DNA of 64,000 bases from an uncultured Gammaproteobacteria bacterium. GTDB lineage: Bacteria; Patescibacteriota; Microgenomatia; Levybacterales; UBA12049. The translations under genes were made by a program, and so were the position numbers. The notes below the pieces were generated by a model that had not been told where the DNA came from, searched no databases, and saw only the letters and a program-made list of their open reading frames with translations. Shown piece after piece: positions 39,715 through 48,429 of the stretch; the first letter of the stretch is position 1; every line of letters begins with the position of its first letter. The stretch is from NCBI GenBank assembly GCA_964483115.1, contig CAYZZF010000001.1:19907-83906 (forward strand). Reading direction: 5' to 3'.

Positions 39715-41335
39715 GTATTTAATTTTTCTTATATTGCTTTGTGTTATCCCTATAATCTCGTTATTCCACAGCGGATTGCCAATTACTCATGATGGACAGG
39801 ATCATGTGGCAAGAATTGCCAATTTTTATCAAAATTTAAAAGAAGGTGTAATTATTCCTCGCTGGGCGGGAAATCTAAATTGGGGATATGGCCATCCTAT
39901 TTTGGAGTTTTTGTATCCGCTCCCATCATATATCGCATCCCTGTTCCATTTTATAGGATTTTCTTTGGTTGATTCTACAAAGATAGTTTTTGGCCTTTCT
40001 ATGGTTTCGTCTTTGATATTTATGTACTTGTGGTTATCCTCTTTTCTTTCAAGGAATTCTGCTATTTTAGGCGCAGTTTTATATGCTTATGCACCTTATA
40101 GATTTGTCGACCTTTATGTAAGAGGAGACATAGGTGAGAATTTAGCTTTTGCATTTATTCCATTAGTTCTCCTTTTTATTTATAGAATTTCTAAAGAAAA
40201 AAATTTCAATAATGTTCTTTTTGGAGGGATATCTCTTGCCTTTCTAATTCTTTCCCACAACGCAGTAAGCCTTATATTTATACCGTTTATCCTTTTTTAT
40301 ACACTTTTTTTAATCGCAAAAGATAAAAACAGAAAAAGAAAACTTATTTACTATTATACTATTATATTAGTATTAGGTTTTGCTTTATCTGCCTTTTTTT
40401 GGATTCCAGGTCTTTTTGAAGCAAAATACACACTTAGAAATATTGTAACAAAAGGCGCGTATTTAGAAAGATTTGTAAATTTAAAAGATTTAATTTACGG
40501 TTCATGGAAATACGACATCACAGGTCAATTTACCGTTCAAGTTGGAATCATCAATTGGTTATCATTAATAGTTTCTCCAATTGTTGGATTTTATCTTTAC
40601 AAAAAAACCAATAAGGATTATATATTAATCTTGGGTCTTATTATTTATACTCTTATTGCTATATTTTTGATGCTTCCTGTCTCTAACTTTATTTGGTCAA
40701 GAATTATGCTTTTGCAAAACTTTCAATTTCCCTGGCGATTTTTGGCAATAACTATTTTTACAACTGCTGTTCTAGGAGCTTTTTTTGTTTCACTTATTCC
40801 TCAAAAATTTCAGATTTGGTTTTCGCTAGTTCTTATAGCTTTGATTTTGATTCTTAGTAAAGATTACATAAAGCCTAAAGGATATCTTTATAAACCAGAA
40901 AGTTTTTACACAGGAATTTATAAGGGAACTACAGATACAGGTGAGAGTGCACCAATTTGGTCTGTGAGATTTATGGAAAAAGAGCCAAAAGCGCATCTGG
41001 AAGTAGTGGATGGCGAGGCTAAAATAACAGAGATAAAAAGAACCTCAATTTATCACGAGTATAAGATAGCGGCAAGAAAGAAAACGATGTTTTTGGAGAA
41101 TACTTTATATTTTCCGGGTTGGCAAATAATTGCCAACAACAATCCTGTACAAATCGAATTTCAAAATCCACAATATAGAGGGCTTATGACTTTTGTTCTT
41201 GGAAAAGGCAATTATAAATTAGCGGTTCTTTATAAAGAAACAAAAGTAAGAGCTTTTGCAGATGCTATTTCTATAGTGGTATTTTTAAATATTTTGGGAC
41301 TCTTTACTTTTAAGTTTGTAAAAGTTAAATTTTAA
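39704..41335 (+). CDS. GT-C membrane protein (6-PTPS-related/YfhO-like)
   Basis: THDG..H.AR, PRW..GYGHP, VRGDIGE, QFPWRFL, YFPGW. Confidence 0.8.
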   Translation: MKIKYLIFLILLCVIPIISLFHSGLPITHDGQDHVARIANFYQNLKEGVIIPRWAGNLNWGYGHPILEFLYPLPSYIASLFHFIGFSLVDSTKIVFGLSMVSSLIFMYLWLSSFLSRNSAILGAVLYAYAPYRFVDLYVRGDIGENLAFAFIPLVLLFIYRISKEKNFNNVLFGGISLAFLILSHNAVSLIFIPFILFYTLFLIAKDKNRKRKLIYYYTIILVLGFALSAFFWIPGLFEAKYTLRNIVTKGAYLERFVNLKDLIYGSWKYDITGQFTVQVGIINWLSLIVSPIVGFYLYKKTNKDYILILGLIIYTLIAIFLMLPVSNFIWSRIMLLQNFQFPWRFLAITIFTTAVLGAFFVSLIPQKFQIWFSLVLIALILILSKDYIKPKGYLYKPESFYTGIYKGTTDTGESAPIWSVRFMEKEPKAHLEVVDGEAKITEIKRTSIYHEYKIAARKKTMFLENTLYFPGWQIIANNNPVQIEFQNPQYRGLMTFVLGKGNYKLAVLYKETKVRAFADAISIVVFLNILGLFTFKFVKVKF

Positions 41336-41351
41336 AGGTATTATACGAATT

Positions 41352-42179
41352 ATGAGAGAAACTCTGTCTGTTGTCTTGGCAACATACAACGAGGAAGGAA
41401 ATCTGAAAAAATGCCTTGATTCTGCCAAAGATTTAGCCGATGAAATTATTGTAGTTGATGGATTTTCAACTGATAGGACGGTTGAGATAGCAAAAAATTA
41501 TGGTGCTAGGATAAAGGTAACAACAAATAAGCCTAACTTTCATATCAATAAACAAATGGCAATTGATATGGCAATTTGCGATTGGATTCTTCAGCTTGAC
41601 GCGGACGAACGAGTTACACCGGAACTTAAAGAGGAAATACTAAAAATATTGACTTATGACTTAGGACCTAAGACTGAAGACCTAAGCCATAAATCAGAAG
41701 TCGTAAGCCCGAATGGTTATTGGATGCCAAGAAAAAATTGGTTCTTAGGAAGATTTCTTATGAAAGGCGGGCAATATCCGGATTACACCTTAAGACTTTA
41801 TAGAAGAGGTAAAGGAAGACTCCCGCAAAAAGATGTTCACGAGCAAGCAGAGGTTGAAGGAAAAGTTGGTTATCTTAAAAATGCTCTCTTGCATTACCCA
41901 TATAAAAATTTTTCGCACTACCTTTCTAAATGGGGTAATTATAATGATTTTTTCGCTCCGCAGATAAGGGAAGAGCAGAAAAACAAAAATATTATTCAAA
42001 AAATTTTTTATGGGTTAGGGTATATTTTTGTAAAACCGATTTATTGGTTCTTGATTACATATGTAAGACATAAAGGTTTTATAGATAGCTGGCAGGGTTT
42101 TGTTTTTTCTCTTTTCTCTTCCCTCAGATTTCCTGTATCATATATTAAGTATTTAGGACTGAGGACGATAAGACAATGA
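41352..42179 (+). CDS. GT2 (WaaE/KdtX-like family)
   Basis: WILQLDADERV, YPDYTLRL, VHE. Confidence 0.9.
   Translation: MRETLSVVLATYNEEGNLKKCLDSAKDLADEIIVVDGFSTDRTVEIAKNYGARIKVTTNKPNFHINKQMAIDMAICDWILQLDADERVTPELKEEILKILTYDLGPKTEDLSHKSEVVSPNGYWMPRKNWFLGRFLMKGGQYPDYTLRLYRRGKGRLPQKDVHEQAEVEGKVGYLKNALLHYPYKNFSHYLSKWGNYNDFFAPQIREEQKNKNIIQKIFYGLGYIFVKPIYWFLITYVRHKGFIDSWQGFVFSLFSSLRFPVSYIKYLGLRTIRQ
41650..41712. repeat. Bipartite inverted heptamer array, 9 units, in frame
   Basis: TGACTTA TGACTTA GGACCTA AGACTGA AGACCTA | AGCCATA AATCAGA AGTCGTA AGCCCGA. Confidence 0.85.
42151..42174 (+). repeat. Left heptamer flank of four-helix-bundle gene
   Basis: ATTTAGG ACTGAGG ACGATAAG AC just before the ATG. 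Confidence 0.6.
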
Positions 42180-42523
42180 GAAACAGATTTGAGGAACTTG
42201 ACGTTTATAAAAAGGCGCATCTTTTAGTTCTTAAAATTTACAAAATAACTGAAAAATTTCCTAAGTCAGAAATATTGGGTTTAATAAGTCAAATAAGAAG
42301 AGCATCTATATCTGTAGTCGCGAATATAATGAAAGGAAACACAAGAAGCTATAAAAAAGAATTTATTAAGTTTTTATATCTTTCTAGGGGTTTGTTATAA
42401 GAAGTTAAATATTACTTTATTCTTGGATTAAATTTAAAGTATATTAGCAAAAATGATTGCGATAAGCTTTAAGAAAAATCAGAAAAAGTTGGTAAAATGT
42501 TATCAGGTTTAATAAAATATTGA
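42176..42523 (+). pseudogene. Four-helix-bundle protein (23S rRNA IVP/Avd-like) with two internal TAA stops
   Basis: FEELDVYKKAH..IYKIT..FP..E..GL.SQIRRASISV.ANI..G; frame continues past TAA 42398 and 42470 to VGKMLSGLIKY-TGA (115 codons). Confidence 0.9.
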
Positions 42524-42529
42524 AAAATA

Positions 42530-42557
42530 ATTCTTAGGTCATAAGTCCTAAGCCATA
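42530..42557 (+). repeat. Right heptamer flank (inverted) of four-helix-bundle gene
   Basis: ATTCTTA GGTCATA AGTCCTA AGCCATA. Confidence 0.8.
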
Positions 42558-42562
42558 GATTT

Positions 42563-43552
42563 ATGAGAATTTTACTTACCGGCGGCGCAGGATATATTGG
42601 TAGTTTTGTGGTAAAAAGACTTCTTGAAAAAGGAGACGAGGTTATAGTTTTGGATAGTCTTGAGAGAGGAGAGGAAAGAAATATAGACAAAAGGGCAATT
42701 TTTATAAAGGCAAATCTGTGGGATCGAGACAAGTTGGAGGACGCGTTTAGAAAATACAATTTCGAAGCAGTAATGCATTTTGCAGGCTTAATTTCTATGG
42801 AAGAGTCTATGGAAAATCCTGGAATCTATTTCTATAACAATACAGGAGGGTCACTAGAATTAATTGAACATGCAACTAAAAATAATGTAAAATATTTTAT
42901 TTTCTCTTCAACTGCTGGTGTTTACGGAAATCCAATAAAAACCCCAATCCCAGAAGATCATCCTACAAACCCCACAAATCCCTATGGAGAAAGCAAGCTT
43001 ATGGTTGAAAAAATCCTTCCCTGGTATAACAGAATTTATGGATTAAATTTTATAAGCCTTCGATATTTTAATGCTGCAGGAGCATCTTTAGATGGTTCAA
43101 TGGGGGAAGGTCATGATCCTGAAACACATATAATTCCTTTGGCAATAAAAGCAGCTTTAGAAAATAAAGAATTTACACTTTATGGCGATAACTATAATAC
43201 AAAAGATGGGACATGCATTAGAGATTATATACATGTAATAGACCTTGTAGAATTTCATATATTAGCTCTTGAAAAATTAAAGAAAGAGCAAGGAGGTTTC
43301 TTTTATAATGTCGGAACAGGACAAGGTTATTCTAATAGAGAAGTTATTGAAATGATAAAAAAAGTTTCAGGTATTGGGTTAAAAGTTAAAATTGCCGCAA
43401 GAAGACCTGGGGATGCAGAAGTATTAATTGCTGATCCAACAAAGATTAAAAATGAACTTGGCTTTAACCCCAGATATTCAGATTTAGAAACGATAATTAA
43501 AACTGCATGGAAATGGTACAAAAATAGTTCAAACCTCAAAATTGAAAATTAA
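42563..43552 (+). CDS. galE: UDP-glucose 4-epimerase
   Basis: GGAGYIGS, FSSTA, PYGESK, LRYFNAAGA, DGTCIRDYIHV. Confidence 0.95.
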   Translation: MRILLTGGAGYIGSFVVKRLLEKGDEVIVLDSLERGEERNIDKRAIFIKANLWDRDKLEDAFRKYNFEAVMHFAGLISMEESMENPGIYFYNNTGGSLELIEHATKNNVKYFIFSSTAGVYGNPIKTPIPEDHPTNPTNPYGESKLMVEKILPWYNRIYGLNFISLRYFNAAGASLDGSMGEGHDPETHIIPLAIKAALENKEFTLYGDNYNTKDGTCIRDYIHVIDLVEFHILALEKLKKEQGGFFYNVGTGQGYSNREVIEMIKKVSGIGLKVKIAARRPGDAEVLIADPTKIKNELGFNPRYSDLETIIKTAWKWYKNSSNLKIEN

Positions 43553-43560
43553 AAATGAGA
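43529..43560 (+). repeat. Heptamer remnant spanning the galE stop
   Basis: TCAAACCTCAAA ATTGAAA ATTAAAA. Confidence 0.55.
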
Positions 43561-43862
43561 CATTATTATTAAACAAGCTAATTCTACGAGATATGTTTTT
43601 CAAACATATCTTAAGAGTATATGGTTATATTATTAACATAGTATATTTTTTTGGTTGGTATGCTATTGTAGATAATAGGCCCTCATTGTTAGAGCCTACA
43701 AAAAATGGGTTAATTAAACTGACTGTTTTAAGAGGGAAATATAATATCGAAGTTAAATTTGTAAAAACTCCTGTCAGAAAATTTTCAGATACGGTTTCTT
43801 TATTATCATTCTTAATACTTTTAATAATTCTTGTAAAAGCTGTATATTTAAAACAGGTATGA
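43542..43862 (+). pseudogene. Orphan C-terminal fragment of a YfhO-like/6-PTPS-related protein
   Basis: YFFGW..VD..KF.KTPVR..D.VSL..KAVY aligns with the C-terminus of the 11649 gene. Confidence 0.7.
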
Positions 43863-44917
43863 ATATAGCAATAGATATCTCGCCCCTTAAGAGCGGACAT
43901 TTTTTACAACACAGAGTTAGAGGAACAGGTTTTTATATAGATAATTTAAAAAGATCATTAATGAAATATTTTCCAGACAATAAATACACTTTTTTTACTC
44001 GAGGAGAAAAACTGTCCAAAGATATAGACTTAGTTCACTATCCTTATTTTGAGCCATTTTTTTTGACACTTCCTCTAGTTAAAAATCGCAAATCAGCTAT
44101 TACAATTCATGATTTGACTCCTCTTGTTTTTTCAAATGCTTTTCCAAGAGGAATAAGAGGAGAAATTAAATGGCAAATTCAAAAAAAACTTTTGGAAAGA
44201 GCAGATGTAATTATTACAGATTCAGAATGTTCAAAAAAAGACATTACTAGGTATACTGGTATACCTGACAAAAAAATTAATGTCGTTTATCTTGCAGCAG
44301 GAGAACAGTTTAAAAGAATCAAGAATCAAGAATCAAGAATCAGGGATCTGAAAACAAAATATGGATTGCCTGAAAGGTTCGTACTCTATGTAGGCGATGT
44401 TACCTGGAATAAAAATCTGCCAAGGCTGATCGAAGCGATAAAAAAGATTAATGCTACTTTGGTTATGACTGGCAGGACTTTAGCAAGTAAAGATTTTGAC
44501 CGCAATAATCCTTGGAACCAAGATCTAGTTCGGGTTCAAGAATTGGCAAAAGACGATAAAAGAATTATCCGCTTGGATTTTGTTCCGACAGGAGATTTAG
44601 TCTTTCTCTACAATATGGCCACTGTCTTTGCAATGCCCAGCTTATATGAGGGGTTTGGCTTGCCGATTCTCGAGGCTATGAGCTGCGGTTGCCCTGTTGT
44701 AACATCAAAAGAGGGTTCTTTGGAAGAAATTGCAAAAGATGCAGCTTTTTATGTAGATGCATATAATGTCGAAAGCATTGCAAAAGGGATTAAACAATTA
44801 TTTGCAAGCGACAGCCTGAGAAGAGAATTTTCAAAAAAAGGACTGGAACAGGCGAAAAAATTTTCATGGAAAAAAACAGCAGAAGATACTTTAAAAGTAT
44901 ATAAGAAAGTATTGTAA
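43859..44917 (+). CDS. GT4 (MtfB-like mannosyltransferase family)
   Basis: TIHDL, KNL, PSLYEGFGLPILEAM. Confidence 0.9.
   Translation: MNIAIDISPLKSGHFLQHRVRGTGFYIDNLKRSLMKYFPDNKYTFFTRGEKLSKDIDLVHYPYFEPFFLTLPLVKNRKSAITIHDLTPLVFSNAFPRGIRGEIKWQIQKKLLERADVIITDSECSKKDITRYTGIPDKKINVVYLAAGEQFKRIKNQESRIRDLKTKYGLPERFVLYVGDVTWNKNLPRLIEAIKKINATLVMTGRTLASKDFDRNNPWNQDLVRVQELAKDDKRIIRLDFVPTGDLVFLYNMATVFAMPSLYEGFGLPILEAMSCGCPVVTSKEGSLEEIAKDAAFYVDAYNVESIAKGIKQLFASDSLRREFSKKGLEQAKKFSWKKTAEDTLKVYKKVL
44314..44348 (+). repeat. Heptamer array (AAGAATC)x4+AGGGATC
   Basis: Encodes RIKNQESRIRD. Confidence 0.95.
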
Positions 44918-46224
44918 TGAATTTAATAAAAAGTCTTATTAACCATGAGTTGATAAGCGGAAGTTCTTACATATTTATTGGTTCAATGGTAGCCAATGTT
45001 TTGGCATTTCTTCTTAATCTTTTTTTGGCAAGAAACCTTTCGTATGCAGATTACTCCATATTTGCGTCCCTTTTGTCTGTAATCACATTAGCATCCATAC
45101 CGGCGGGGTCGATTAGCACTATTATTGTAAAATTTGCCACGCATTATTTTGTAAAGGAGGAAAACGAAAAACTTAAACAGCTTTATTTGACATTTTTCAA
45201 AATGATTTTGGGGATTTCAATTCTTATTATTGTTTTGTTTCTTGCCCTGTCGGTTCCAATTTTAAATTATTTGAATTTGGATAATGTCTGGTACGTTATT
45301 ATAACAGGATTTGCCATATCTTCATTTTATTTAAATGCGTTAAATACGGCATTTCTTCAAAGCCTTCTTAAATTTGGTTTTATTTCTTTTTTGAACGCAT
45401 TTGGAGGAGTAGTAAAACTTGCCTTTGGTATTTTGTTGGCTATTTTGGGTTATCGGGCTTTTAGCGGTTTATGGTCTGTTTTTTTTATGACTCTTGGGAT
45501 GTTTTTTCTTGCATTTATCCCACTTTCAAAGATTTTGAGTGCTAAATCAACAGTTAAAAAGGTGAGTTTAAACACAAGAGAGATTTTTTTATACGCTGTT
45601 CCAACTTTCACAACCGTGCTTTTTCTAACGTCGTTTACATCAACAGACGTAATTTTGGTAAAGCATTTTTTTGAGCCACGGCTCGCGGGTTTTTATGCAG
45701 GGCTTTCATTAATAGGCAAGGTAATTTTTTATTTTACATTTCCAATCCCAGTGGTGATGTTTCCACTCCTTGTTAAAAGACATTCAACAGGCAGAGAATT
45801 TGTGAACCTTTTTTATCTTGCTCTTTTTTTGGTAATGTTTCCATCGATTGCAATCACTGCATTTTATTTTATAAGACCCGAGTTTGTCATTAATTTTTTC
45901 CTAGGCGGAAGGGAATATTTGTATGTTGCAAAATACCTTGGAGTCTTTGGTTTATACCTTACCGTTTTTAGTATGGTAAACGTATGCGTCAATTTCTTTC
46001 TTTCTTTAAATAAAACAAAAATAGCCTTTTTTGTTATCCCGGCTGCAATTCTACAAATTATTTTAATATATTTTTATCACTCAAATTTTTACCAGGTTAT
46101 AGGAGTATCCCTTTTTGTTTCAAGCGTGCTTTTGGTTTTGCTTTTGATCGCCTTTTTTAGAAATTACTGGAGTTTTGGAGAAATAAAGGAAAGGATAGCA
46201 TTTTTAACGAACCCTTCAGTTTAG
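44917..46224 (+). CDS. Wzx-like flippase
   Basis: About 12 TM; LARNLS..DY, D.ILVKH, VMFP. Confidence 0.8.
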   Translation: MNLIKSLINHELISGSSYIFIGSMVANVLAFLLNLFLARNLSYADYSIFASLLSVITLASIPAGSISTIIVKFATHYFVKEENEKLKQLYLTFFKMILGISILIIVLFLALSVPILNYLNLDNVWYVIITGFAISSFYLNALNTAFLQSLLKFGFISFLNAFGGVVKLAFGILLAILGYRAFSGLWSVFFMTLGMFFLAFIPLSKILSAKSTVKKVSLNTREIFLYAVPTFTTVLFLTSFTSTDVILVKHFFEPRLAGFYAGLSLIGKVIFYFTFPIPVVMFPLLVKRHSTGREFVNLFYLALFLVMFPSIAITAFYFIRPEFVINFFLGGREYLYVAKYLGVFGLYLTVFSMVNVCVNFFLSLNKTKIAFFVIPAAILQIILIYFYHSNFYQVIGVSLFVSSVLLVLLLIAFFRNYWSFGEIKERIAFLTNPSV

Positions 46225-46250
46225 TTCATGAAATATTGTATAATCGATTT

Positions 46251-46802
46251 ATGGAATTTGTCACCCTTAAAAATAAAGACAAAATAAGGCTTATCGAAAA
46301 TGTTTTAATCTATCCTCTAAAAATAAATCAAGATGAATCTGGTGGTATTTTGGTAGAAACACTTAGAACTGATTGGCCACAAATCTATGGTCCTAAGCGA
46401 GAGTTTTTTATGCAATATTACTCAATTACTCCAAGTGGCAAGGCCCGAGATGAAAATGTCTGGCATTATCACCCAAACTATCAAGAAGACAGATTTGTAG
46501 TTGCTCAAGGCGAAATTATTGTTGCAGTCGCAGACCAAAGAGAAAATTCTTTCACCAACGGATTTTTAAATCTTTTTTATATGCAGGGAAATAAAGATCC
46601 CTACATTTTGCTAGTTCCCAAAAGAACCCTTCATGGATTTATGGTTGTCTCAAAAGAGCCAGTCATCTTATTAAATTACCCAACAGGTCTTTATAATCCG
46701 AAAGAGGAAGGAAGAGTCCCTTATGAGAAGGCGAATGTAAAATTTGAAGATGGCTCGGAATTTTCATGGAACAAAGTTAGAGAGTTCTTCCTTCAAAAAT
46801 AA
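46251..46802 (+). CDS. dTDP-4-dehydrorhamnose 3,5-epimerase-like cupin
   Basis: G.LVETLR, WHYH, QEDRF, HGF; ATG 46251 follows TATAAT. Confidence 0.75.
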   Translation: MEFVTLKNKDKIRLIENVLIYPLKINQDESGGILVETLRTDWPQIYGPKREFFMQYYSITPSGKARDENVWHYHPNYQEDRFVVAQGEIIVAVADQRENSFTNGFLNLFYMQGNKDPYILLVPKRTLHGFMVVSKEPVILLNYPTGLYNPKEEGRVPYEKANVKFEDGSEFSWNKVREFFLQK

Positions 46803-47659
46803 TGAAAATACTTTTAATTGGAAAGAATGGACAGTTGGGCAGCGAAATTGATAAGCAATCACATGAAAGAGCATATAAGACTTATGCATTTGGACATGAG
46901 GAGCTCGATATTACTGATTTTGAAAAAGTTAGATCTAAAATTGAATTATTAAAGCCGAATATAGTGATAAATGCCTCTGCTCTTAACAATGTTTCTTTAT
47001 GCGAAGAACAACTGGGAGACGCATTTCTAATAAATGCCAGTTCATTAAAGCCGATCGTACAATTCTGTTTTGAGAAGAATATAAAATTTGTGCACTATTC
47101 AACGGATTATGTTTTTGACGGACTTAAAGGTTCACCTTATAAAGAAGATGATAAGCCTAATCCTTTACAAATTTACGGTCTATCAAAACTTGTAGGAGAA
47201 TACGTTGTCTTAAATTACTCAAATACGGGAGTTATAATTAGAACTTGCGGAGTTTATGGAAAAAAAGAAGGAAGTATGTCTAAGAAAGGTAATTTTGCTT
47301 TAAAAATTTTAGAACAAGCAAAAGATAAAGATTCAATTGAAGTAGCTAGTGAGCAGATCGTTAATCCGACTTATGCAGTCGATTTGGCAAAAGCCACATT
47401 TGAGCTTTTAGTCCACAAAGATGTCAGTGGTATCTATCATTTAGCAAGTCAGGGATATTGTTCATGGGCACGGTTCGCAAGCGAAATTATAAAAATAAGA
47501 AAGCTTCGGACTAAAATAATTCCGGTTAACAGAAAAGGAATTTTAGGTTCATTAAGAAGACCATTTTTTTCCGCACTTGACAATACGAGAGCAGCAAGAT
47601 TTGGAATAAAACTTCCCCCATGGCAAGACGCAATAAAAAGATATATAGTCAGTCTTTGA
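46802..47659 (+). CDS. rmlD: dTDP-4-dehydrorhamnose reductase
   Basis: GKNGQLG, STDYVFDG, YGLSK, RP.FSALD. Confidence 0.9.
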   Translation: MKILLIGKNGQLGSEIDKQSHERAYKTYAFGHEELDITDFEKVRSKIELLKPNIVINASALNNVSLCEEQLGDAFLINASSLKPIVQFCFEKNIKFVHYSTDYVFDGLKGSPYKEDDKPNPLQIYGLSKLVGEYVVLNYSNTGVIIRTCGVYGKKEGSMSKKGNFALKILEQAKDKDSIEVASEQIVNPTYAVDLAKATFELLVHKDVSGIYHLASQGYCSWARFASEIIKIRKLRTKIIPVNRKGILGSLRRPFFSALDNTRAARFGIKLPPWQDAIKRYIVSL

Positions 47660-47670
47660 AAATAAAATAA

Positions 47671-48426
47671 ATGAGAAGAAAAAGACTTCTGTCTATTGTT
47701 ATCCCTGTCGGAAGACAAGAAAGAACTATTGTAAAAGACATTAAGAGTATAGATGAAACTCTTTCTCAACTTAACTGTCGCCATGAAATCATCGTAGTTG
47801 CGGATGGGTTTTTGGATAGGATATATGAGATTCTTAACAAACAGAAAAGAACAAACAAAAATCTTAAAGTACTAGGTTATGAAGAAAATCATGGTAAAGG
47901 ATATGCGGTTAAATATGGAATGCTTAAGGCAAAAGGAGATATCGTGGGTTTTATTGATGCAGGGATGGATATTGATCCTTCGGAAATATCCATCGCCTTG
48001 GATCTGATGGACTGGAATAATGCGGATATTGTCATCGGCAGCAAACTTCATCCTGAATCAAAAGTGAACTATCCATTAGTTAGGAAGGTTCTTTCCTGGG
48101 GTTACCGGACTCTAGCTCATACTTTGTTTGGATTTAAGGTTCGTGATACTCAGGTTGGGCTTAAGCTTTTTAAAAGACAAGTTGCTTACGATATTTTCTC
48201 CAGAATTCTGGTTAAGAGTTTTGCTTTTGATGTTGAAGTTTTGGCAGTTGCATATGCATTTGGATATCATAGAATTTACGAGTCGCCTATTAAATTAAAT
48301 TTTAAAAACGCCAGCACAATTACATCCTTAAATTTTTGGAGGATAATCTTTTGGATGCTTTGGGATACAGCCGCAGTTTTCTACAGATTAAAAATACTTC
48401 ATTATTATGATAGAATTGAAAAATAA
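47671..48426 (+). CDS. GT2, polyprenyl-phosphate glycosyltransferase-like
   Basis: GKGYAV, FIDAGMD, DTQVGLK, FAFDVEVL. Confidence 0.85.
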   Translation: MRRKRLLSIVIPVGRQERTIVKDIKSIDETLSQLNCRHEIIVVADGFLDRIYEILNKQKRTNKNLKVLGYEENHGKGYAVKYGMLKAKGDIVGFIDAGMDIDPSEISIALDLMDWNNADIVIGSKLHPESKVNYPLVRKVLSWGYRTLAHTLFGFKVRDTQVGLKLFKRQVAYDIFSRILVKSFAFDVEVLAVAYAFGYHRIYESPIKLNFKNASTITSLNFWRIIFWMLWDTAAVFYRLKILHYYDRIEK

Positions 48427-48429
48427 ATT

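Noticed and set aside
42398-42472. Stop-codon reassignment explaining the internal stops here and at 20382
   Set aside because: The stops are TAA, which terminates many intact genes here; TGA and TAG also act as stops; decay is simpler
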